Part shown: positions 1 through 11,000 of the stretch, one piece after another | Layout of the letters: each line of letters opens with the position of its first letter | How positions within the stretch are numbered: the stretch's first letter is position 1 | Source: a virus | Strand: one strand, 5' to 3' | DNA length: 64,000 nucleotides | Virus record (IMG/VR): IMGVR_UViG_3300045988_108148 | Made by a program: the position numbers and the translations under genes | Notes under the pieces: model-generated | Seen by the model: the letters and a program-made list of their open reading frames with translations, nothing else | What the model was told of the DNA's origin: nothing | Databases searched by the model: none

Positions 1-2
1 TA

Positions 3-359
3 CATTTTGGTAGTAATAAAATAGCTACAGTAAAACTTATTAGTCACGAACAAGCTACTAGATTCTTAGAAACTTATAATAATAAACCTTGGATTGAAGA
101 ACCTGTAGCAATACTGGAAGATAATAAGTTAATAGTATTTATAGATAGGGATCTTATGGTAGGTCCCTATACTATAGATATTACTTATCTAGCATACCCA
201 AGAAAGATTAATAATCAAGATATTACGTCTACTCTGGATGAAATCCCAGAGTATATGCAATATGAAGTAGTTAAATTAGCTGCTGACATGGCAATTGAGA
301 ATATTGAATCTCCAAGAACTCAAACACATCCACAGTACGTAGCACAATTATCAGAGTAA
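3..359 (+). CDS. Virion-module protein, paralog 1 of 3 (5' end outside window)
   Basis: Frame 3 is open from nt 3, with no stop before the track Met at 156. The C-terminal motif EIPEYMQYEVVKLAADMAIEN parallels ELPESIHSEIVDLAVNMFI (361..1059) and MPAATHNEIVKLAVELYLEN (1059..1760). Confidence 0.7.
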   Translation, partial: HFGSNKIATVKLISHEQATRFLETYNNKPWIEEPVAILEDNKLIVFIDRDLMVGPYTIDITYLAYPRKINNQDITSTLDEIPEYMQYEVVKLAADMAIENIESPRTQTHPQYVAQLSE

Positions 360-360
360 T

Positions 361-1059
361 ATGAGTAGTAAGGAAATGCAAATGGAATTCGAAAGACGAA
401 TTCAACTTATTAGCCCAGATCTTATTATAGATGAGAAACCTAACTCTGATCTTATATTTTCAATACTAAATGAAGCTCAAGATAGGTATGTAATGATGAA
501 TTATGTTGGTGATGATCAAATGGAAACTGAAACTAACATACATACTAGAAATACAGACTCTATTAAGAGTTTATTAGTAGAAAAAGAGTTAACCGCAACA
601 GGTACTACTCTTAATGGTTTCACAAGATACAGATTACCATATGTACCTACTGAAGAATATTTCTTATATGTACATTCTTTTAGTAAAGTAAAAGGTACAT
701 ATAAACAATACAAAGATTTTGTTAGAGTAGATAATCAATTAGTTAAGTATAGGGATCTTGGTAAGTTTATTAAAACTGCATACAATACACCTATCATTAG
801 GCAACCTGCTGTTGCATTAGTATCAGATCCTACTACTAAATATAACTATATAGAAGTAGCAGTAGATGCATATACTACATTAGGTAATGTTACATTAACT
901 TACTATAGAAAACCATTAAGATTTAATACTACTGATGGAGCTAGTAAATGTGAACTACCAGAATCAATTCATAGTGAAATTGTAGATTTAGCAGTTAATA
1001 TGTTTATTACTGAAGGTAAATATAGATTACAAGTAAAACAACCAAATAATCAACAATAA
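361..1059 (+). CDS. Virion-module protein, paralog 2 of 3
   Basis: 232-aa ORF that starts 1 nt after the previous stop. It shares the YxxKP/YxRTP...(E/D)xP...H(S/N)EIVxLAV C-terminal pattern with both neighbours. Confidence 0.75.
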   Translation: MSSKEMQMEFERRIQLISPDLIIDEKPNSDLIFSILNEAQDRYVMMNYVGDDQMETETNIHTRNTDSIKSLLVEKELTATGTTLNGFTRYRLPYVPTEEYFLYVHSFSKVKGTYKQYKDFVRVDNQLVKYRDLGKFIKTAYNTPIIRQPAVALVSDPTTKYNYIEVAVDAYTTLGNVTLTYYRKPLRFNTTDGASKCELPESIHSEIVDLAVNMFITEGKYRLQVKQPNNQQ

Positions 1060-1760
1060 TGAAGTATATTGAATTACAAACAGCATTTGAATTAGAAATA
1101 GATCAATTAGATGACAATCTAACAAAACCTACTACTTCAGATATTGAGTATTGGTTAATGGCTGGATTAGATAAATTTATCAAAACTAGATATTCTGGTA
1201 TTAATTTCAAGCAAACTGGATTTGAACAAGACCAAAAAAGAATTGATGATCTTCGTACATTAGTTACTAGAAAATCTTATCAATTTACTACATATCCAGA
1301 AGAGTATACAGTTACTCTACCAGATGATTATATGTTTACTGTAGGAGAAACTGCTGTAATATTTAGTTATGATCATTGTTGGCCTGTGGGTCCAAGTGGT
1401 CAACCAAGAACTAAAAATACAGATGTGTTAGAAGCCACAGTAGAAAATATAGATAGACAAAGACAAAACACTTTGTCAGAATATAGATTACATGGTAGAT
1501 CTGCTAGACCATTAAGATTGTATGAAGGAAACGAAATCCATTTATATACAGATGGTAATTATAATATAAGAAATTATATTCTCACTTACTTGAGAACTCC
1601 TAAAAGGATTAGTCTTACTGATGCTCCATTTGATGAGTATACAGATATGCCAGCTGCAACTCATAATGAGATAGTTAAGTTAGCGGTAGAGTTGTATTTG
1701 GAAAATAAGGCTAATCCAAGATATCAATCGTATATGAACGAAGTTAGTACAATGGAATGA
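1059..1760 (+). CDS. Virion-module protein, paralog 3 of 3
   Basis: 233-aa ORF whose ATG overlaps the previous TAA (taATGa). Same C-terminal motif as the neighbours (LTYLRTPKRI...THNEIVKLAVELYLEN). Confidence 0.75.
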   Translation: MKYIELQTAFELEIDQLDDNLTKPTTSDIEYWLMAGLDKFIKTRYSGINFKQTGFEQDQKRIDDLRTLVTRKSYQFTTYPEEYTVTLPDDYMFTVGETAVIFSYDHCWPVGPSGQPRTKNTDVLEATVENIDRQRQNTLSEYRLHGRSARPLRLYEGNEIHLYTDGNYNIRNYILTYLRTPKRISLTDAPFDEYTDMPAATHNEIVKLAVELYLENKANPRYQSYMNEVSTME

Positions 1761-1874
1761 TTATACGAAATAGTTTAGTTTGACGAGGAAATCTGAAACA
1801 CGAAAGTAGAAGAACTAATCAAAATGTTAAGCTAGACGTCTAATTAAAGTTTAACAAAAATAAAAATAAAAATT

Positions 1875-2852
1875 ATGCTTAATCATGTGAATACGGTACT
1901 TATTGGTACTGATGCACCTACATCTTATACGACAGTAGATGCATTGACAGAAGGTCAGATTGCATTATTTGATCAAAATAGAGCAATTGTAAAAGATGCA
2001 GCTGGAGCTAAAGCTGCTAGTTCATTGTACATTGGCGTTTGTGAAGGCAAAGAAGATGTTTATAATGGAGAAGGAACAAAATCAACTAAATCAGTTATTC
2101 GTTTTTCAATGCCTATCATGAAGGGTTCTAAACCTAACATGGTATTTAGTAAATATGTAGCTGCAGCTGAAGATAAAATTGTAATCACAGCTACTAATGT
2201 TACTCCGGAAGTTGGTCATCGTTATGTATTACGTTTAGTGTACAATGACATCTATGAGGCACCTGGGCAATTTACTCATACTTATGAAGTAATTGCAAAG
2301 AGTACTAATGCAACTGATTTGATTACAGCTTTCAAAAACAAAATCAACAAACACAAAGAAGCCAGAGTAGTAGCAACTAGTGATGCTGCTGTTCTTACAT
2401 TGAATGCTAAGGAAATGCCGTATAACGAAGGTATTATGTTAGACTCAAATTATTCTCAGGTTTCTGTGGAAGCATTTATGGGGAAAACTATTCCTTCCGG
2501 TTTGTTGAGTAATGTAATGTATCCTATTGCCAATTTAACGATTGCTAAAACTCAAGGTACTCCAGGTAAGGGTAATCCGAAAATTGTTCGTGATCGTGAA
2601 AATGCAGCTCTTGGTTACAGAGGTATCACACACCGTGCAAATGGTATATATCCGTGCATTGCTCCTGAGTTGAAAGCCGATTTAAGTGCTACTTACGATA
2701 CATTGTCTATCGAATGGGATAATAAATATCTTAGTGATGATAATCAATATATTAAAACAACTCCATTAGCTTGTGAATTGTATGTAAATGCTGGTGAACT
2801 TGATGACTCTGCATTTATGACAGCTTTAAAAGCTTTTGTAGAAGTTGCTTAA
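1875..2852 (+). CDS. Candidate major capsid protein (assignment positional only)
   Basis: 325-aa ORF preceded by a 114-nt spacer and followed by a strong hairpin plus T-run (2875..2916), so it is an insulated and probably highly expressed unit in the virion module. No catalytic motifs seen. Fold not verified. Confidence 0.45.
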   Translation: MLNHVNTVLIGTDAPTSYTTVDALTEGQIALFDQNRAIVKDAAGAKAASSLYIGVCEGKEDVYNGEGTKSTKSVIRFSMPIMKGSKPNMVFSKYVAAAEDKIVITATNVTPEVGHRYVLRLVYNDIYEAPGQFTHTYEVIAKSTNATDLITAFKNKINKHKEARVVATSDAAVLTLNAKEMPYNEGIMLDSNYSQVSVEAFMGKTIPSGLLSNVMYPIANLTIAKTQGTPGKGNPKIVRDRENAALGYRGITHRANGIYPCIAPELKADLSATYDTLSIEWDNKYLSDDNQYIKTTPLACELYVNAGELDDSAFMTALKAFVEVA

Positions 2853-2874
2853 TCAAAAAATATAATTCAAACCA

Positions 2875-2916
2875 AAAAGGGGATTGGGAGTAATATCCCT
2901 TTCCCCTTTTATTTTA
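2875..2916 (+). terminator. Rho-independent terminator after the capsid candidate
   Basis: AAAAGGGGA (2875..2883) pairs with TCCCCTTTT (2902..2910) and is followed by ATTTTAT. Confidence 0.65.
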
Positions 2917-2928
2917 TATACGATTGAT

Positions 2929-3195
2929 ATGGAAATGAATGAATCATTGTATTATGCAGAAATAAAACTGCTAACTACGTATTGCCACAACTGCCTAGAT
3001 AACAAAATGAAGGATAAAATAATGATGTTTCTGTTTAAGAAAACACTTTATGATAATGCTACTACTTTGAATCTTGCAGATGATGCAGAACAGTATTATA
3101 ATGAAATGCTGAATTTACTTGATATGAGAACGTGTAATTGTACTATTGATAACTGTAAAAATTGTAAAGATGGATATTGCGAATTATGTAAGTAA
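2929..3195 (+). CDS. Small Cys-rich protein
   Basis: The track ORF 2884..3195 starts on a non-ATG codon inside the terminator hairpin. The first ATG is at 2929 (MEMNESLYY). Contains CHNC and a C-terminal cluster CNCTIDNCKNCKDGYCELCK. Confidence 0.55.
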   Translation: MEMNESLYYAEIKLLTTYCHNCLDNKMKDKIMMFLFKKTLYDNATTLNLADDAEQYYNEMLNLLDMRTCNCTIDNCKNCKDGYCELCK

Positions 3196-3469
3196 AGTTG
3201 GTGAATTAGTTAATCAGTCTACTAAGTACAATACAAAACTGGATAGAACTTCTATTACTAATTTAGTATTATTGTTACATTTAGACAAATTATCTAGTTG
3301 GGCCAGTACTAAATTGGGTGATGAAGATTTTCCCATTACTCAGGAGGATGTAGATAAAATTATAGGATATATACATTGTTTAAAAAAACAAATTAATTTC
3401 TATCCAGAAAAAGATATCGACAATGATTGTATATTGACAGAAATTGAAGAACACATAATCCAAGAGTAA
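3170..3469 (+). CDS. Hypothetical protein
   Basis: The track ORF starts at TTG 3146. The first ATG is at 3170 (MDIANYV). It overlaps the previous gene by 26 nt and ends 1 nt before the fibre gene. Confidence 0.55.
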   Translation: MDIANYVSKVGELVNQSTKYNTKLDRTSITNLVLLLHLDKLSSWASTKLGDEDFPITQEDVDKIIGYIHCLKKQINFYPEKDIDNDCILTEIEEHIIQE

Positions 3470-3470
3470 T

Positions 3471-6400
3471 ATGAATAAAAAGATATCACAATTTGAACTA
3501 ACAACTAAACTGCAAGAGCAAGACCTCATTACCCTTGTACAAGATGGTAGTAATAAAAATATTACTAGTGGAAGTTTTACTACATCACTATCAGGTACAT
3601 TTGCTACTAATGAGAGAGTAGATGCTGTAGAAGAAGATGTTGAGATACTAGATACTAAAGTAAATGATAACTATAAAGATCTTAGTAATAAGATAGTAGA
3701 AGGAGATACTAGTGTAACTACTAATCTTAATAGTGCTATCACTAGTTACTATGATGTATTGAATAATAAGATCATTACTTTAGATACTAAGCATGACACC
3801 GATATGTCAGAGATTGGTGGTACTATGCAAGAATGGATAGATGATATTGATAATAGATCTACATTACAACAATTACAGGATGCTCTCAATAGACTTACTG
3901 TAGCTGAGAATACTATTACAGCATTATCTGAACTTATTGCAAATGGTGGAGGTAGTGGATCTGCTCCAGGCTATCACACCCAAAGTACTGCTACGATATT
4001 TCCTTTATCTGGTTATTATAAAGCAAATGATGCATCTCCATTAACTACTACAGATACATTAAATCAAGCTTTATCTAAACTTGAAAATCAAGTAGAAGCA
4101 GTAGCTAGCAGTTCTGGTTCTTTACCTGTTATAAAAAGAGGGGAAAGTACTCCACCAAGTGACTATTTTTTATATACCTCTGCAAAAGTAGCAGAAGATT
4201 ATATTAATAAACACGGCGATGAGGTTGATGGAAGAATAGATTATATAACTGGTTGGCAAGGTGGTAAAACATTTAGACAAGGTTGGGATGGAGTTGGAGC
4301 TAGCTTATATCCTCTTGGATCTAAGTGGAATTTAGAACTGGACAATTTATTTGTAAGAGGCAACATGACAGTTAATGAACTTACAGTAAATGAAATCAAA
4401 GCTGTTGGTGGAGATATTCTCGTTACTGTTGCTGACATGAAGTGTGTCAAAGTAGAAGAATTAGCAGACTCTTATAAATGTTATTTTGATACAGAAGATG
4501 GAACTAAACATAATCAATTTATAGCTAATGATTTAGCAATATGTCAAAAATTTGATGGACACAATGTAAAGAGATACTGGCGTAAAGTTAATGCTACAGG
4601 AACAGACTGTATTTATTTATCTAAAGATGTATGTGAACCTGGTAGTGGAAAACCAGAAGCAGATGATGAAATATTGCAATTAGGCCATATGTACGAATCT
4701 GATCCAGACTACAATTTACAAATGGATGAGAGACGTAATGCAATCTTTATTAGTGCTAAAGGTGAAAATGCTCCTAGAATATCATTCTATAAAAATATAG
4801 ATACATTTTCATTAGCAGATGAAGATGGTCTTACTAGAGAAAGAGTAGTTATTGGTGGAAATGAAACTAAATTTATAGGAACTATATCACAAACATCAGG
4901 AAATGATATAGTCAGAGTACCTGTATATAAAGGTGTATGGGTAGCCGGGAATACTTATTTTTATTATGATCAAGTAACTCATAAAGGTAGTTTATGGATT
5001 TGTATGAATCCTAATGGTACTAAGGACGAACCTAGTGAAACAGATGACGAGTGGCAGAAACAAGTAGCAAAAGGAGATGATGGTAAGTCTGGAGATGATG
5101 TTGCTAAATGGGTAGAAATAGTAGGAGACAGATTGTTTTTATTCCAAACTCCTGACTTTTCAGGTGTTCCAGAACCTACTAGCATTCACTTAACTGCAAA
5201 TGTTTATGGCATAGAAGCACCGGTGTATGAGTGGACATATCAAGATGGTTCTGGTACAATTATATCACATCAAAGTTCGATTGATTTTCCATATACATCA
5301 ATGCCTACAAGCTCTCGTACTTTAACGTTAAGGTGTACTGTAACACATTCAGATGGAACTAAATATTATGACGATGTACAATTAGCAAAATTATCAAATG
5401 GTGCTGAGGGTTTAGATGCCTATTATATTGATTTAACTAACGGTACTGTTGCAATACCTTTTGCATCTGATGGTGTGACGCCATTAGTAGATTTAAGTAC
5501 TATTAGTACTGCAGTATATGCATATAGAGGTATTAATCAAGTTGCAATTAAGACGATAACCACTAATACTTCACAAGGTATAGCAACTGTATCTATTAAT
5601 GCTAATACAATAACACTTACCTCAATATCTACAGCAAGTGCGGCAATAGATTTAAATGTTACATTAGAAGATGGTGTCAGTGTAACTAAAACATGGTATA
5701 TTAATAAGACTTCTAATGGAGAAAATGGATTTAATGGTGAAGATGCTACATATGTGACTATGTCAGGAGATCAATTTTTTCATTATAAATCTGGTGCTTT
5801 GATACCAGATCCAACTACTATTACTTTAACTACAGATGCATTTAATTTATTATCTCCTACTTTTCAATGGTATTGGGCAATAGCAGGTACATACGATTGG
5901 CAGTTGCTACAAAATGAAACAAAAAATACATTAGTAGTTTCATATAATGGTGTTTATTTTACTAGTACAGGAAAAGATGAAATAACTTTCAAATGTGAAG
6001 TTAGTGGTTCTGGAACAGTATACTCAGACTTTATGACTATTAATAATGTAAGAGACGGTGAAAATGTATACAGAGGTATACTTACTAACGAAAATGCATC
6101 TGTTCCTGCTGATTCTGCTGGTGTAGTGTCTAGTTATAATACTGCTACTACTCAAGCAAGGTTAAAATATGGTTCACAAGAAATAACTGATTTTAAACTA
6201 ATAACTACATTACAAACCGGTACTGGTACACTATCTTATACACAAAGTACACAAACTATTAAATGTACTCAACTTGGTACTGATTACGCATTATGGAGAG
6301 TTGATTTTGTTACTCCAGCAACAGGTGGTACGGTTGTAGATTCAGTTGATTTTGTACTAACAAAAGCTAAATCTGGTACAGATGGTAATCCTGGTACAAG

Positions 6401-7664
6401 TCCAATACCTATATATTGTAATACTACTGGAAATAAACCTTCTAGACCAACATTCACATCTAGGCCAACTGCTTCTGGGTCAAATAGTGGAGGTAATACA
6501 TGGTATCCAGATGCTACATATAGTGCATCAGCTACTACTTGGATAAGTACCGGTAGTTATGATACAGTAACTAAACAGATTGTATATGATGAAAGTATTG
6601 GTGGTTATTGGACAGATCCTATAAAATTCTCTGGAAAAGATGGTGAGAAAGGTGATAAAGGAGACAAAGGTGATAAAGGAAATACTGGAGCACCTGGTTC
6701 AGATGGATGGAATGGTCCATCTTTAAGTTATCGTGGAGACTTTGATTATAATAAATATTATGCATGGACAGTAAATCCAGATGTAAGAGACACCGTTAAA
6801 TATAACGGAAAATATTACATGGTCGCAGATTCTAGAAGAAATTGGGGTTCGTTTCATAATGTTTATCCTACTAATGAAAGTTATTGGACAGTATTTGGAG
6901 CTAGTTTTGAATCTGTCGCAACTGGATTGTTATTTGCAGAAAAAGCAACTATAGCTGGAATGGATTTTTATAATAATTGTATTCAAGCTCAAACTGGTAG
7001 ATTTTTTATAGATGGGCGTTCAGCTTCTGATCTTGCTGGTTTGCCAATTATGTCATTTGGTGAAAATGCTTCTAAAGATGGAGTTCCGAGTTCTACTGCT
7101 GCAATAAAAATCTATGGTGGGGGTACTATTACTGTTGGTAATGGAACGGTATCATCAAATGCTGGAATAACTGGACAAAATTATCCAACTGGAAATCCAG
7201 TTAGATTTTGGGCTGGAAATACTTTTGAAAGTAGAGAAAATGCTCCATTTATTGTATATCAAAACGGTAGTATAAAAGCAACTAATGCAAATTTAACTGG
7301 AAGTTTTCAAACAACAAGCAGTGGTAATAAAGTAGTTATTAGTAATAGTAACTCTATTTCTATGTACAACTCTGGTGGTCAACTTACATTATCAACTGGA
7401 TTTTCTAGTTATGCATCAGGTTATGATATTGGTAATTTATCTTTTTACGCTAGAAATACATCAGGAAATGTATTAGGGCAAATTACAATGAATGCAGTGG
7501 GTATAACTATTGGAGGTGCTTCGAACGTTTTCCGTTTAGGTTTGTATTCTGCTGGATATATGAGAATGAATCATACTTCCATGCCTAATGATGGTACTTT
7601 ATCTTCGTATCCATCGGGTACTATTTATAGAACATCTGATAATTACTTAAAAATAAAACCATAA
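3471..7664 (+). CDS. Tail fibre/spike protein with collagen-like segment
   Basis: 1397-aa ORF with the G-x-y run GKDGEKGDKGDKGDKGNTGAPGSDG. It has long Ser/Thr/Gly/Asn-rich beta-type regions and repeated Ig-like-looking blocks, as is typical of phage fibres. Confidence 0.7.
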   Translation: MNKKISQFELTTKLQEQDLITLVQDGSNKNITSGSFTTSLSGTFATNERVDAVEEDVEILDTKVNDNYKDLSNKIVEGDTSVTTNLNSAITSYYDVLNNKIITLDTKHDTDMSEIGGTMQEWIDDIDNRSTLQQLQDALNRLTVAENTITALSELIANGGGSGSAPGYHTQSTATIFPLSGYYKANDASPLTTTDTLNQALSKLENQVEAVASSSGSLPVIKRGESTPPSDYFLYTSAKVAEDYINKHGDEVDGRIDYITGWQGGKTFRQGWDGVGASLYPLGSKWNLELDNLFVRGNMTVNELTVNEIKAVGGDILVTVADMKCVKVEELADSYKCYFDTEDGTKHNQFIANDLAICQKFDGHNVKRYWRKVNATGTDCIYLSKDVCEPGSGKPEADDEILQLGHMYESDPDYNLQMDERRNAIFISAKGENAPRISFYKNIDTFSLADEDGLTRERVVIGGNETKFIGTISQTSGNDIVRVPVYKGVWVAGNTYFYYDQVTHKGSLWICMNPNGTKDEPSETDDEWQKQVAKGDDGKSGDDVAKWVEIVGDRLFLFQTPDFSGVPEPTSIHLTANVYGIEAPVYEWTYQDGSGTIISHQSSIDFPYTSMPTSSRTLTLRCTVTHSDGTKYYDDVQLAKLSNGAEGLDAYYIDLTNGTVAIPFASDGVTPLVDLSTISTAVYAYRGINQVAIKTITTNTSQGIATVSINANTITLTSISTASAAIDLNVTLEDGVSVTKTWYINKTSNGENGFNGEDATYVTMSGDQFFHYKSGALIPDPTTITLTTDAFNLLSPTFQWYWAIAGTYDWQLLQNETKNTLVVSYNGVYFTSTGKDEITFKCEVSGSGTVYSDFMTINNVRDGENVYRGILTNENASVPADSAGVVSSYNTATTQARLKYGSQEITDFKLITTLQTGTGTLSYTQSTQTIKCTQLGTDYALWRVDFVTPATGGTVVDSVDFVLTKAKSGTDGNPGTSPIPIYCNTTGNKPSRPTFTSRPTASGSNSGGNTWYPDATYSASATTWISTGSYDTVTKQIVYDESIGGYWTDPIKFSGKDGEKGDKGDKGDKGNTGAPGSDGWNGPSLSYRGDFDYNKYYAWTVNPDVRDTVKYNGKYYMVADSRRNWGSFHNVYPTNESYWTVFGASFESVATGLLFAEKATIAGMDFYNNCIQAQTGRFFIDGRSASDLAGLPIMSFGENASKDGVPSSTAAIKIYGGGTITVGNGTVSSNAGITGQNYPTGNPVRFWAGNTFESRENAPFIVYQNGSIKATNANLTGSFQTTSSGNKVVISNSNSISMYNSGGQLTLSTGFSSYASGYDIGNLSFYARNTSGNVLGQITMNAVGITIGGASNVFRLGLYSAGYMRMNHTSMPNDGTLSSYPSGTIYRTSDNYLKIKP
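6633..6713 (+). repeat. Collagen-like Gly-X-Y coding repeat
   Basis: ggt gag aaa ggt gat aaa gga gac aaa ggt gat aaa gga aat act gga gca cct ggt, in frame within 3471..7664. Confidence 0.85.
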
Positions 7665-7665
7665 T

Positions 7666-8004
7666 ATGAAATTATCTTTAGTAGATAGAGTTATAATAAT
7701 AAATTCTATATTGCCAACCACTGGCACAATTGAACAAATTAGAACAATTCTATCAATAAAAAACAAAATAAAATTAACAGAGCAAGAAAATGCATCTTTA
7801 AAAATAACAGTACCATATAATAATATTATCCAAATTGATAATATTACAGATACAATGTTGTTAAGAGATACAGTATATAGTTTTTCTGTAGCTGAAATAG
7901 AATTATTAAAGTTGTTCTCTAATTCCATTAATTCAAATGGATGGGTAACTGAATCTAGTTTAAGTACAGTAGAATATTTAATCAATTATACAATTGAAGA
8001 ATAA
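7666..8004 (+). CDS. Hypothetical protein between two fibre genes (possible fibre assembly or adaptor factor)
   Basis: 112-aa ORF tightly coupled on both sides. Its stop TAA overlaps the ATG at 8004. The function is a guess from position only. Confidence 0.55.
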   Translation: MKLSLVDRVIIINSILPTTGTIEQIRTILSIKNKIKLTEQENASLKITVPYNNIIQIDNITDTMLLRDTVYSFSVAEIELLKLFSNSINSNGWVTESSLSTVEYLINYTIEE

Positions 8005-11000
8005 TGATTAAGAATAATGTATATTATGAGTGGTTTGCAAGTATAACCGTACCCAATCCAGATCAGGTTGGGTACTGGGTTGACTTGGGAGCAGATTCAA
8101 AAGGTAGAATAATTAAAGTTTACAATCGTGATATAGAAAAATGGATTGTACTCTTTGATGTAAGTAAAGATGACTATGTACCACCATTTATTGGTTCTAA
8201 TGGCAACTGGTGGGTAGACAATAGAGATACTGGGGTAAAAGCTACTGCAGAGACTCCATATATAGGTGAGAATGATCATTGGTTTACTTATGATCCTATC
8301 AACAAAGTATATGTAGATACAGGTATAGAAGCTCGTGGTCTTAGTGCTTACGATATTGCAGTTAAATTAGGTTTCAAAGGTAGTGAACAAGATTGGATTG
8401 ATAGTTTAAGTAAAGCATCTGAAGATGCTGCTGTTGCTGCACTAGATGCAGCTAACAAAGCAAATGAAGCTGCAGATAAAGCTAATCAAGCTGTAACAGA
8501 TATTGAAGGTATAGTTGATGATGCTATCGCTGCTACTGATAAAGCTGAAGAAATTGCTAGTAATCCACCAAAGATCGTAGATAATGATTGGTGGATTTAT
8601 GACTACGATACTAAACAATATGTTAATACTGGTATAGCTGCTATTGGTGATGCTTTCACTTACAAGAAGGAATATCCTTCAGTAGAAGCAATGGAAGCTG
8701 ATTGGGGTACTGCTGATGTAAAGTTAGGTGAGTATGTACTTATTAATACTAATAATGTAGAAGATCCTGATGATGCTAAAGTTTACTTAAAGACTCAAGA
8801 AGGCTGGAAGTTTATTGTTGACTTATCTGGTATGCAAGGTATTCAAGGTTGGTCAGCATATGAACTTGCAGTAAAACATGGTTTTGTAGGTACTGAAGAA
8901 GAGTGGGTTCAATCATTAAAACAACCTGCATTAGATGCAGCAGCAGAAGCATTAGAAGCTAAAGCTCAAGTAGAAGCTACTGAAAAAGCTGTTAAAGAAG
9001 CAGAAGCATTACGTGTTACTGCGGAACAAGGTAGAGTCAATGCTGAAAATACCAGAGTAAGCAATGAGAATACACGCATCTCTAATGAAGATAACAGGAA
9101 AGCAGAAGAGTCTAAAAGGGTAACTGCTGAGAATGCTCGTATTGCTGCTGAAACTTCTAGAAAAGAAGCAGAGTCTAGTAGGGTTAATGCAGAGTCAGAT
9201 CGTGTAGAAGCTGAAGGTGCAAGAGCAGCAGCAGAGCAATTAAGGGCAAATTCTGAAAGTGAACGTAACACTAAGGAAAAAGAACGTATAGCTAATGAAG
9301 CAATTAGAGTTGCATCTGAAAGTGAAAGAGTAACTGCTGAGACTTCTAGAAAGGAGGAAGAAGCTAAGCGTGTAGAAGCAGAAACAGCTCGTGATACAGC
9401 AGAACAGGAAAGGGAATCAAATGAAGCCACTAGACAGGCAAATGAGGCGATTAGAGAGACTCAAGAGGCTGCAAGGGAAAAGAATACAGCTGATGCTATA
9501 ACTGCCGTAAATGAGGCTAAAACAGCTGCACAACAAGCTACTACAAATGCAACTACTGCTGCTAATAATGCTAACACTCAAGCAGCGAGAGCTAAAGAAT
9601 ATGCAGACAATCCTCCCAAAGTAGGAGAAGATGGTTATTGGTATCTTTGGGATGAAGTTGATGATGTATATGTAAATACCGGTTGGCCATCTTCAGGTAT
9701 TATTTTAAAAGGTAGACTTAACAGTCCAGAGGAACTAGGTGATATAGTAGATCCGCAACTTAGTGATTCTTATATTGTTGGTACAGACTTATACTTTTGG
9801 AATGGTACAGAGTGGGTTAACATGGGTAGATTCCAAGGACCTCAAGGAGAACCCGGTAAAGATGCTGAACTTAGTAAAGCAGCTATTGAAGCTGTATTAG
9901 TAGGTGAAGTAACTACTCATACTCATGATACTAGGTATTATACTAAGGATCAAACTGATGCTAATATAAAGGTAGTAGCAGATGATCTTGCTAACAACTA
10001 CTATAATAAATCCCAAGTAGATAGTAAATTTACTTCTGTGTACATCTTTAAGGGATCTGTAGATAGTGTAGAAGATTTACCTACTGAAGGTAATGTGATT
10101 GGTGATGTATGGAATGTTCGTAAGAACGATACTAACTATGCATGGACAAGTGAAGGTTGGGATGCATTAGGAGGTACTGCTGAATTATCTTCATTAACTG
10201 CTAATGGTTTGATGTCCAAAGAAGATTTTGCAAAGTTACAAGGTATTGAAGCAGGTGCACAAGTCAATAAGATTGAAACCATTACTAAAAGAGTACTTTT
10301 GAATGTTGTAGATAAAAATGTAACTATACCAGAAGATATCGCAATTAGTCCAGATGAACCTACCAACAATGAAATCATCTGGATGGATACTGATGAAGAT
10401 TATGACTTTACATTTGATGGGTATAGTAAAGTAGATGCTGATGCAAGATTTGTTCATCAAGTAGAGGGAAAAGATTTATCTACTAATGACTACAGTAATG
10501 CTGACAAAAATAAAGTAGATAATCTTAATAGTTACGTAACTAGTGGTAGTTTTGTACAAGATGCAAATAATGCTGCTATTACGTTGAATATTAAAGATCC
10601 TGTTACAGATAATAATTCCAATCAAGTACTCACTATTAACAAAGCTACCAGTACTACTGCAGGTGTAATGTCTGCTGCTGATAAGACTAAGCTTGATGGG
10701 TTGAGTAATTACGATGATTCTACAATTACTCAGGACATTACCAACATAAAAGCAAACAAACTTGAGACAATTGAAGTAACTGGTACAGGTAATGTAATTA
10801 CTACAGCTACTAAGAATGGTACTAAGATTGCATTTGCTAAAGGTATTACTGCAATGACTCAAGATGCTAGCGATGCCAGATATGTCAAAAAGGCAGGAGA
10901 TACCATGACAGGTGCTCTTAATATAACGGCTGCTGGATACAATACTGAAGTTTCTTTAGATGGATTAAAATTAGAGACTTCTAAAACCAGTGCTAATGCA

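Noticed and set aside
6633-6713. Short tandem repeats as a possible CRISPR array
   Set aside because: They are 9-nt in-frame Gly-X-Y codon repeats inside a fibre gene, with no spacer-repeat architecture. No CRISPR array was seen anywhere in the window.
8966-9430. 154-aa minus-strand ORF inside the 1593-aa fibre gene
   Set aside because: It is antisense to a periodic AExxR coding repeat, and its own sequence is low-complexity Ser/Ala/Leu. It is an artefact of the repeat, not a gene.
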